This document shows positions 26,301-37,700 of a stretch of DNA of 64,000 nucleotides, piece after piece. The stretch comes from Paraspadella gotoi (Eukaryota; Animalia; Chaetognatha): assembly GCA_051294375.1 (NCBI GenBank), contig CM119266.1, forward strand, positions 19,727,657 to 19,791,656, written 5' to 3'. The notes under the pieces were generated by a model. The model saw only the letters and a list, made by a program, of their open reading frames with translations. It made no database searches and was not told where the DNA came from. Position numbers and translations under genes: made by a program. Position 1 is the first letter of the stretch. The number at the start of each line of letters is the position of its first letter.

Positions 26301-29300
26301 TGCAGCAACCACATTATCGCATATCGATTGTTACCGAACAACCTTATCTGACCCTGGTAAATAGGTTACATGTCCTAATTCTTTCAGTCAACACTTTATT
26401 TTACTCCGTTTTTACGTTAATGTTTAGAAAATCAGCTCATCATTTCCATGCGCGGAAAGTATTATTATTAATACATTTAATTTTATGATGGATAAAACAG
26501 TGCAAGTACAAAAGAAATATACTTTTCGCCAAATAGTATTTCGGCTTATTTTTTAAAGTCATTATCAGAAAAAAATATACTAGAGAAGCTAGCGAAAAAA
26601 AAAATAACAATAACAGAGAGATAAAGTTATTGTATTTCTGAAATTAATATTACGTAGCTAATAAATTTCTTCCTCATTACGGTATTTAAAACAAGAAATA
26701 ACTTTTAATTTATAAATCTGTTTAAAAAAAGTGAAAATAACTTTAATAGACTTTATACTATGAACACAAAAGTAGCAGTTTATTAAATTCCGACAGAACT
26801 ACGAGTAAATTATCACAATTCAATTCCATATTACCCACCCTCCCTTCTCCAAAAACCACAGATTGTTCGAGTGCGTCTTGATTTTTAAAAGGCCAAATTT
26901 TCCACATTTGAAATTAAAAAACGAAAACTTCTCGAGGCCGATCTCTTGGGCTCAGGTCATCCATCCATCATTTCCATCCTTTGACTGGTTTCATTCAACC
27001 ACCCAAGGTAGTTGGCAACTCTAGTGTAGACGCCTGGCAATTTTGCTCCTCCGCAGCCGACGCCCCAGCTCACGACTCCGATCATAGTGAAGGGTCCATC
27101 GAGGTCGTCTCGCACCATTGGCCCACCGCTATCTCCTTGGCAGGCGTCTCGACCTCCTTCAGGGCTTCCAGCGCAGATCATATCGGCAGTGATATCTTCA
27201 TCGGAATAGTCGTAGTTCATTTCTCGGTGCCATGCGACGCACTCTTCGTTAGTGATAAGCGACACGTTAACCGCGCGTAAGACCCGTGTCCCGGGCCCGC
27301 CTTCGCTGAGACGCCCCCACCCGGCAATGAGGCGGCGTTCCCCGGCAACGTAGTTTAACGAGTCGTTGCGGACAAAGGGAAGGCAAGCCGGACGGGCGTA
27401 GGCAGTTGTGACAACAGCTTCGTCCAGGTAAATTACGGCGATATCGTTTAAAAGTAGGTCGGGATCGAAGTTGGGATGGAGGCTGATGTTAACAGCGTTT
27501 CTGTATTGCTCTGTGCCCTCTGTCTCGTTAACCAAATCCCAGTCGCCGGCGACGAAACGATACTTGACTTTAAAGTCAGCTTCGAGTGGATCGAAGCAAT
27601 GAGCAGCACCGATGACCACGCGGCCGGCGACGAGAGTGGCACCGCACCACTGTATCCACTTAGAGGATACGCGCTTCAGAACGGAAATAACGAAAGGATA
27701 ATCGCCCGCGTTGACAGCAATTCCACCGACTATGCGGGCTCCGCCTCTGCGGCCGCTTGCAACGGCAGAGGGCGTGGAGGTGGATCTCAGCCCGCAGTCT
27801 GAGGGCCAAATTTCGTAACCGGGCGATAAGGTCCCCAATGTTACATCCATCGTCGTTGCCGCCGCCGTTGTTATCGGCGGACCGGAATAATTCTCGCAAC
27901 AAATGCCATGAAAATTTTCGTAACACACGCAGCTGGAGTTGGGACCTGATGTAGTGCCGTGTATACAGCCCCCGTGGCACGAGCGCGTCTCGTGTACTTC
28001 TCCCTGGCACTCGTCTCGAAACATTGTGCGCGTGAGGTAGCTAGCACGTTTTAACCGTGATTGAACCCCGCTCGGACCGCACGAGAGTGAACAAGCCGAC
28101 CATGGACCCCAATCATCATAGTGACATGGATTGTATTTATTTTTTACGCGAAGACAAGGCGAAGAAGTTTTTAAAAACGATAAAAGCAGAAAAAATAAAA
28201 TCGTTTTCGGAAAAACAAGATTCATTCTTATATTTAGACGAGATGAAAGAGAGAATTCGGTTCGTACATTAAGTGACATCAATTGGTCCGGTTAAAGCAA
28301 ATAAATGTATTAAAAGTTAAGGGAATGATCACGTTTGTTTTAAAGCTTTTACTTGTTTTTTTTGTCGGTTTTTTTTTTAACTTGGATTGATACCCTTAAA
28401 TGACGAACCGCGATTTTCACGAAAACCTCTCCTGTACTGATAGGATTTGAACAACAACAACGATTTTTTCTCTCCCTTTTTTTTTCTGAATAAAAACGAA
28501 AGATTACTAATATAATCTTCATCTGCTTCCGTCTTTTTTCTCTTTCTCTTTTCTTTTTTTTTTCTGTGAGTCGAAAATATTTTTTTTCCATAACAATAGA
28601 AATTCTACTTGCGGCTCTAATACCGACATTCAAAATCCCAATCTTCTACTTTATATAATTTACCAAAAAAAAAAACGAGAAGTTCCAGTTCCTCGCAAGA
28701 GAGCAAATTTTTTTCCCCAAAGAAAAAAAATCAAGGCAAATAATTTCAAGGCAAACCCAAAAAATACCAAAAAAATCAATTTTAAGTTCAATAATTTTTC
28801 CTTGAAAGTTTTTTTTTATTTTTCTTTATTTACATCGGGTCTAATACATAGTCTTTATCCTATCAAGTATTTGTTATTTGTTAATTATAAATGCCGATTT
28901 GAATTAGGATAGAAAATCAAGTATACAAAATCAATCAAATAAAACCACATTTTAAAATACCTTGTTTTCTATTGCAATGACAACTTACGTTTTCTTCAGT
29001 CCTTCTATCTCCTCTGCTTGTTCAATAATTGATGCCTCCAAATCCAAATATTCGCCATCAACATTATCTCTATACATTTGTTCCGCCTTGTCGTCAATCT
29101 AAGGAAAGAAAAAGAAATTAAACCTATGAATGTATATTATTTACTACAAAGAGAAGTTTTCCGGTGATGGAAAAATATTTTTTAAAAAATTTAAAATTCT
29201 GTTTCGGAAAAAATTTACAATTATATAACAATTTTTAAAAAATTAAAAATGTTTTATATAAAGAACAAAACCACTTTCTATTACAGAAAAAACAAAAAAG

Positions 29301-29889
29301 TGGCCGACTTTTAAGTAAAAATTAAAGTGTATAAATTTTTTTGAATTACTTTGAATACTTATACATTTACAGTTTGATATGCTACAGTAGATTTTCCGTC
29401 GATAATATCGTCTTCTTTAACGTGAATAAATAGAGAATAAAATTGGGAAAGGAAAGATGAGAAAGAAACTAATTGTTTTAAAAAATCTTGACATTCGATT
29501 TATAGAGAAACAAATTAATGACCTTACTCAAATCCAAGCAAAAAAACTAAGCTTTTCATAAACACTTACCATTAAAGAGTTGCAAAGTTCTTCAAAGGTC
29601 TTTATAGGATGTTCTTCTTTGTCCCAAATTGTTATTCCGTCCATTGTTCCATAAACAGCATTAATCCCCAATTCAGTATCAATATTCCTTTTGTGACTCC
29701 AAAACGGATTCTCTTCTGTATCGATAGGCGTCAACTTTTCCTTCAGAAGTTTTCTGTTGGGCAAATATCAGCAAAGTTCACATTAAGTCTTTACAGTCGG
29801 CATTAAACTTATAACAACTAATTTAAACTCAATTTATTGCCATAGTTAACTTTGCAAACACAGTAAATTGTGCCTCATGACTATGTTTA

Positions 29890-29947
<58 letters not shown>

Positions 29948-32900
29948 TTATTTTCATCATTATTCTCGTTACATTGTATCATTATTGTTGTCGTCGTTGT
30001 TAATCTACTGTTTCAAGCTTAATTAAATCATGGAGTACAATTTCACACCTGTAAGCCGGTTCCTTTGTTTCCTTTTTCTTTTCATCATTCTTTTGACTTT
30101 CTTGTGCAGATTTGTTTCTTGATTTAATATACGCATACAAGTCAGGCAAACTGCTGGCCGTACTGTCCATCGATTTTCCAGAGTCGGAATCAGCAGCATC
30201 TAAACGTTGGTTTTCGAATCAGTAAAAATGTGCGAAAATTAAAATCACAACGCAATGGTTCTTACCAGTGTCCATCATCTCCATGGCCGTGTCTGTGAGA
30301 TAAGCCGGATCCGTGTCCCACGTGGCCCCAAAAGTGTCCATCCTGAAAGGTTTGGCCGACGCCTCGTCCTCGATCTCCGATTCCCAGGTCGATCCATATG
30401 TATCCATTCTGTAAGTCTTGGTCGGCGCCTCGTCGATCTTCGAATCGTCAACTCCGCTCCATTCACTAAACTCAGTTTCCGTTTCCATGGAAGCAGCAAG
30501 AATTGCCATTGGATCCATCCTGTAGGGTTTGGTCTCTTCCTTCGGCTCAGGCTCTGCGTCGGTGTCCATCCTAGCGGCGAGGGCGGCGTATGGATCCATC
30601 TTCACTGCAGTGAAGTCCTCGTCGTCGTCCTCTTTAACGTCCTTGTCGTCTTCGGCTTCGTCGTCCGCCAAGTTCCACGAGCTGGCCATCATGGCGAATG
30701 GATCCATTCTAAAGGACGAAGTCCCCGGATCCTCTTCTTTCTTATCTTCTTCTTTCTCCTCCATTTCAGAGTCCCACGTCGAGCCGAAGGTGTCCATGCG
30801 GAAAGATTTGGCGGGCTCTTCCGCTTCCGTCTTTGCCGGCTCGGCTTCGGAGAATTCACTCTCCACGGCGGCGGAGATGTCGACGTCGACCATGCTGAAC
30901 CCGAACTGACTGTTAAGTCGCTTCAGGTAATCGGGAATCTCTGGCGATTGGGATTTAACTTTGGGTTGTTTCTCTATTTCTTTCTCGGCCATCTCTTCCT
31001 TTTTGTCCTGGGGGGATAGGCCTCGAGCTGTTCCAGCGACCTCTTCGACTTCTCGTTCTTCCAAGAGACTTTCTGCTGTATTTATCGAATCGAGCCGACC
31101 ATCAGTGGGACCTTGGGAAATCGGTCTAGCGAGGTTGGCCGGGTCGATTTTAAAAACTTTATTCTTCACAAAAATATCATCCATCTGTTTGGGAATCTTT
31201 GGCATGACCTTCTGCGACGCTGACTCGTTAAATTGAAGATTTGCATCGGGATCAGTGTCGGTCATTTGAGCTTCACCCCGTTTTTGACGAGTTTTGTATC
31301 TGAGTTTTCCTGACGATGAAATTTCAGGGCCATCGTCCGGAACATCTTCCTCCCCTTCGTTTAGCTTTGATTTTCTTAAATGTTCTTTGTTTCTAGAGTC
31401 TAACTTTGGCGATCCACTTTTCCGTTTCATCGGGGGACTTACTTTTGGTTTTATTACCGGTTCCGATTCGAGTTCCGACTCTGTTTCTTCAACCCTGACT
31501 TGCGTCGGGCCTTTATACGCAGCCCGATTTCGGTTGTATCTCTTTGGACATTCCGAGGGAGCCCTTCCTTCTATTTCCGAATCTTCGGCTTCGTAACCAG
31601 CCCCCGAATGATCCGATGGACTCCTGTGGTGCAAGTCATGCTTGCTGCGGATTTGCTCTTGTCTCGAAATTCTTGGCTGAAGAGAAGGTTTGACCCCTGG
31701 AGGCAACGGTGGCTGAGAAGCGTAGTCGTTTTGCTTTTGTTTTAAAAGACGATCTCCATATAAGGCTTCGATAGATGGCATCCCGCTTTCGGTGGTATAG
31801 ACCGGAATTCTTTCACTGTGATGGGACCTTGGCTTGTAATCCGAAGTTTCAGGAGCCAAAAACTTTTTAGCATATTCACTGGTGATATTTTTTGGAAGAT
31901 TCTCCGCGGTCCACACTTGTGTTGATATTGTGACCGTTTCTGTTCCATTTTCTGCCTCGTCTTCGCTACCATCGCTATCTTCGAAAGCGTGGGTTTTCAA
32001 AGCTTTCGGCCGAGGACTTGGTTTCCTGGCGCGAGTGTCGTACAGAGTGGCAGCTATAGAATTGTGCTCCTCTCTTCTTTTCCTCCTGTTGTATCTTGCC
32101 AGGTTCCTTGGATCGGGTAAGGTCGGTGAAGTGGCACGACTTACCACCCTAATCAAATTTTGTTCATCCAAATCCGATTCTGGCATTTGCGACATGTGTC
32201 GGCGCAAACGGCGCTCATAACTATTGTCCACATCGAGCTTTTCAATTATGACTCGTTTGGAGGCGGCTTCATCGGCGCTAGAGTCGCCGATTCGATCTCG
32301 ACCGCTTTCGTCTTTGTAGTATCCGGCTGACCTTCTCAGCGGTCCATCGTTGCCGCTGATTTGTCTATAATATTGTGATCGGACTCTTCTCGCGTATTGA
32401 GACATCGTGTCGGTGTCGGATTCCGAAGGAAGTGGACCAACTGAATCTCCGGCTTCGGCAATCGTGTCTCGAAATTCGCTGATTCTCTCTTCTAATTCTT
32501 GCTGCTTTTTAACGTCAGGGATGGAGGTTACAAGCTCAGTAGCACTATCCTTAACAGTCTCTGTCAGCGAATCTTTAAAGGGAATTATCTCTTGATGAAC
32601 AGTTGCAATTACGACTTCCGGTGACAACTGATTTAAAAAGGCGCTTTCAGTCAATGATGTCTCAGTCGCAATTTCTGGTTCAATTTGATTTTGTTTAAAT
32701 TCTTCACATTTGACCCTTCTTGTATATTTCGAGGCAACGTCTGAAGGTTTTGCAGCTTGGGCTTTTTTGTTCTTTTGTAACTCATGAAAATCAGTCTCGT
32801 TTTTGACACCCCGTCTCTCTCGATATTTCGACTGAAACTCTTTGAATCTGTTCGTTTTTAATCCTCGTTGTTTGGATTTCTTTTCGGCTTCGATGTCCGA

Positions 32901-34540
32901 ATACACGACCTCCGAATCGGTGGCAGTTTGCGTGGGTGTGCAGGCTTCCGTTTGAGAATCTGACGCTCGTTCCGCTATTTCCAAAATTTCATAATCTGCG
33001 AATCCGTGGTTCGTCGGTGTCCTTTCCTTAGAAGGACTCTTGGATAAACTTTTCTTTGGTGGACTCTTAGACTTGGATTTACTCTTCTTTTTTCTAATGA
33101 CCGGCGGACTTTTAGATGTACTCTTCTTTCGCTCTTTCAGGGGACTTTTTGATTGACTCTTAGCGTTAAGTGTTCGAGATGATTTTTGCTTTTCATTAGT
33201 CGTCGGAGAGATTGACTTTTCGACGGTTCGGTTCGATGGCGAATCTAAGGGGACGCTGGGAGATATTGTATCGACTTGTTCCGAAAGGGAATGATTTGGG
33301 GTTTGTGCTTTGGAATGAGTTGTGGGTGGCGTGAATGGCGTCTCGGTTATTTTGTCGGGCGAAGCATCGGTGGATGATGCTTCGAGTTGTCGTTCGACTC
33401 CCCGACTATAACGACGTTGATGTTCGTCACTAGCGTCGCTGGTCTTCGCGACGTCTCTCGACGTAGATCGATCTGGAGATGGTCGTCGATGTTGTTGCCT
33501 CTCCAATGCCTCGCTCCCGGCGTCTCTGGCAGGAATCAGTTGTTGTCTTTGTCTCGGAGCATAACGCCGCTCCGATCTTCCGTATTCCCCGTCCGATGCG
33601 AAAGTCTCGCTTCCTGCCGCGTAACCGCTCCCAGGGTCGCGTCGACTCCGTCGTTCTCCGTATCCGTAGGAAGTGTACTTGGACGAAGTCTCGGACGGCG
33701 TAGAGTATGGGCTAGAAAACTCGAGGTTACTGTAGCGACTGTAGCGGGCGGAAGGGGATTCCCCACTGCTCCATTCACTGCCAGAGTAGCGGGAACCGGA
33801 TGAGTAGCGACCGGCCGGTGACGCGAGGCCTTCCCGCTGTCGTTCGCTTCTCAATGTTCGTCGCGAGAAGGCTCCGTCGCTAACGCTGCCGACTTCAACG
33901 CCGCTGGTGGCGGAGGAATGAAAATCGGGACCGTTTTCTACGTCGTTGGAATTTGAGGTAGAAAGCGAAAGCGAGGCTGATCGATTCTGTAAAGTCGGCG
34001 TCGATAATGATGTTGGAGTGTTTGAGGATGAAAACTCCGCCGCCGTAGGATGAGCCAATGAAGAGGAGGAGGATGCGTAGGAGCCTGGAGTGGTTGTTGT
34101 TGCTGAAATTTTTTTTTTACAGGCAGATGCATTTTCGGTTGCGCAAACTCGAAACGATCGATGGTAACGAATAACCTTCGATCTATGCGTTACGTTCAAC
34201 AAAAACGGCAAGGAAATAAGTGAAAAGAGACTTGTTATTACAAAAAGGAAGCGTTACAAATTGTTTGATCGAGGGTTAAGAGAAAAAAAAAAAAAACTAA
34301 AAATATATTGCTTTATCTCACATCTCATAGCCTCACTCTTTTCATCCATTCTCGAAAAATCTCAAATGATTTTTTTTTAAAATAGAATTACGATGGTCGA
34401 AAGAGAGAGAAAAATCCTCGGCTCACCTCTGTAGGAGGACGTTGACGATGATGCGTAGGATTGGCTCCCATGTTGAGAGGGGCTTGGGCGAAATGTGGAG
34501 GGGTAAGGGGAAACGTAGCTCGATCCAGGGGAAAATGAAG

Positions 34541-34616
<76 letters not shown>

Positions 34617-34688
34617 AAATAGAAAGAAGGAAAGATACAAAGAAAGACCGAAAGAAAGAAAGACCGAAAGAAAGAAAGAAAGACAGAC

Positions 34689-34721
<33 letters not shown>

Positions 34722-37700
34722 AAAAGATAGACCGAAAGAAAGAAAGAGAGATATATTTTAAAAAGCCAAAAACGACGTGTAGGTATGAATGTATGCATAC
34801 TTATAACCATATATGAACAATATGTATTGAACAAATATATTTAATGTATATTATAATCAGTTAGGAAAATGTTACACCTTTGAATATTATAAGAAGCTTA
34901 TTATTTAAAAAAATTAAAAACGGATTTGCCAATCAAAAAATATTAAAGCTTCGACTCACCCCCGGTGAAGACGGGCCTCTAGATCGGGATGATGAATAAC
35001 CGGTGCTGGATAAAAAAAAAAGTTGACAAAATGACAAATTTAGCATCATGAAAATCATGATTTAATTTTGCATCATGAAACCTTGAAATGTTCTCTAGTG
35101 AGTTAGGGGTATATCAATATATTGTAAACAATATTTTACTTTTTAATTTACATCATATTTTATAAAAAGTCACGAGTAAAATAATGTAATAAACATCATG
35201 AGTTAAATCGTAAAATTCGTTAAAAAGTAAAAACGATATTTAGCGTCGTCACTGATCTCATGATCTGACCGATTTCTGTAAAAGTGAAAGTTGCGTATCC
35301 AAATTCGAATAGTTTATAATGAACAGTCTTGTACCAGTGAACATTTACTGATAAAAAAATTATATTTTCACTTTCTCACTTTTTGCATTGGCTATAATAA
35401 TACAGTGAGAAATGTTAAGGATTCTTATTGTGTTATTCGCATACACATAGTCTTTATTCCTCTTTTCCATAATTATAAAATGTCTCATATATGTTTCACA
35501 ACGATTGCCCGTAAACTACTAAACAAATAAAATGTCCTTTTAAGTTGGAAGATGTAAATCTATTGAGTAGCAGGTGAAGCTACTAGATCTGAATGTTTCA
35601 TTGGCTGCTCTTCTTCCTCGCTGTGTTGACCTTTCTCTCTTCTTCTTCCTCTGTTCAACTTTCGACCACACAGGCGAGTCTTTTCCCACATTCTTCTCTG
35701 ATCAGACAATGTCTGGGGCAGGGGTTCTCTGAATGTCTCGGGGATGAAGATGATGTAGACCACGAGGCTAAAACCAACTATAGCGAGGACGATTTCAAGG
35801 ATGAGAGGATGATGCTGCTGAAGATGTGGAAAGAAAGAGGCGGCCACAGCGAGAATACGCCCACAGAAGCAGGCCACCAAGTAGGAGCGGCCACGCACCA
35901 ATGTCGGAAACACTTCTTGCATGTAAAGGCTGCAAGGTGCCCAGTTGATGTGGAGACAACAGAGCAATGCAATATTGATTATCCGACGATATACTGGCAT
36001 TTCGGTATCCACGTTGCCAACTAAAGATCGTAAAATGGCGATCGATCCATAGAGACAACAGACGATGGCGTACATAAACATCATTACTGGTCTTCGACGG
36101 CAAAAGTGGGAGAAACAAATTCCAACTGCTTTTGCAGGAATACCCACGACTTGATTGAGAAAAAAGTTTACCAGGCGGTGACCTGACAATGTTCCATAAG
36201 AAAAGGTAATACCAATATAGACAAATCCATTGTAGGACCAAATAAGACCACATCCCAAAAGAGAGATTAGATACACCCGAGATTTTAGCGCCTTTTTGAA
36301 TCCCTCGGTCGACTTTGAATTAACAGACGTGCTACTTTCATTAAAGGATATTTCATTCACATGCAACCTTTCTGCTTTAAAAGCTGAACTTGGATCCACA
36401 ATTCCGTCATCAATGGTATCATTGTTATTATTAACGATCGGATCGTCAATGACTACTTTTTCAAATGTGGAAGCGCTTATACTCTTCCCTCTAGCAGTTG
36501 CGGCATTTTGCAATATGTTAAATGCCTCGGCGTTGCGACCCTTGCGTATTAGCCACGTAGGCGATTCAGGAAGGAAAAAAAAAGAAATCACTACCAAAAT
36601 GTTTAGTGAATACATTATAATACAGAGATGCCGCCAGTTGGATACATAATGCGACATAAGCGGCAGTAAAAGAGACCCGTAGATGAAGGAAAAGTCACAG
36701 TTGACGGCGATGAATCTCCACTTGGCGGGAAATATTTCACTTTTGTAGGTCGAAATTGTCAGCATTCCCGTGTATGCTACGCCAAGTAGGAAGCGAGCTG
36801 CCACATAGGTAGCGAGGTTGGGCAACCAAGCGGCTTGTACACCGACAACGGCACCAAGCAAAGCTGCCGCAATAATTACGTAGCGGCGGCCAAAGTTATC
36901 GCTTAGATAACCGACGAAACAACAGGCCAAGATACATCCCAAGTAGAAAAACGTTTCTGTCAGGTATTTTAGAGGGGCGCGCTCGCACACGACATCCCAC
37001 TCAGCTACGAATGTGTGGGATCGAGGAACCGAAAAATGACGTTCTTCTGGCGAGCACGAGCATGACGTCAACGTCAAAGATAAAGTGGAGTTAACGGATT
37101 CTCCGTTGGTGCAGTTGAACTCTGGAGTCCACGATGTCATTGCGTTTCCAAGGAACATGAAAGACCGGAGAATTCCGACCAAATGTGAGACGAAAAAGAT
37201 GCCGAGTGGAAACCATCCACGAAGACCTAACCACTCATATACGCGGTCCAGTTCACGAGCACCCATCCTTTTGAATGTTGAGGTATGATAAAAACTGAAA
37301 CAAAAATAAACTGGAGGTGGCATAGAAAAAGAATAATTAATATAATATAATTCATTATTTATATTAGGAGATTATATTTAAGAGACTATTATTTATTAAG
37401 AGATTATTACGAGATGTTCATTCGCGTAGATGAAGAGTGTCAGCTCACTTGAACGTGCGCAGATTATAAACATTTTTCGTTTTAATAGTTTTTCTGACAT
37501 AATAAGTAAATATTATCAGGTTACAATGATAATTATGAGATTATAAATAGCCAGGATATTGTCGGCAATAACAATGAATTTGTTAATTTGTTACAAATTT
37601 TAGCAGTATTTATATAATCCGGTAGTTTTTTTTTATTATTAAAAAAGTTCCTTTTCCAAAAATTTTAAAATTCTCTAAAAAGTTTTTGTAACATATATGT

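Noticed and set aside
30255-33803. Antisense ORFs opposite the giant exon (and similar ones opposite SLC22, the protease, NCAM-like and ELOVL)
   Set aside because: Shadow ORFs of GC-richer coding sequence with no recognisable motifs.
30219-34211. 1330-aa ORF as a stand-alone single-exon gene
   Set aside because: It begins at a non-ATG codon in intron-like sequence, and strong splice sites at 34103 and 30265 join it in frame to FHOD exons.
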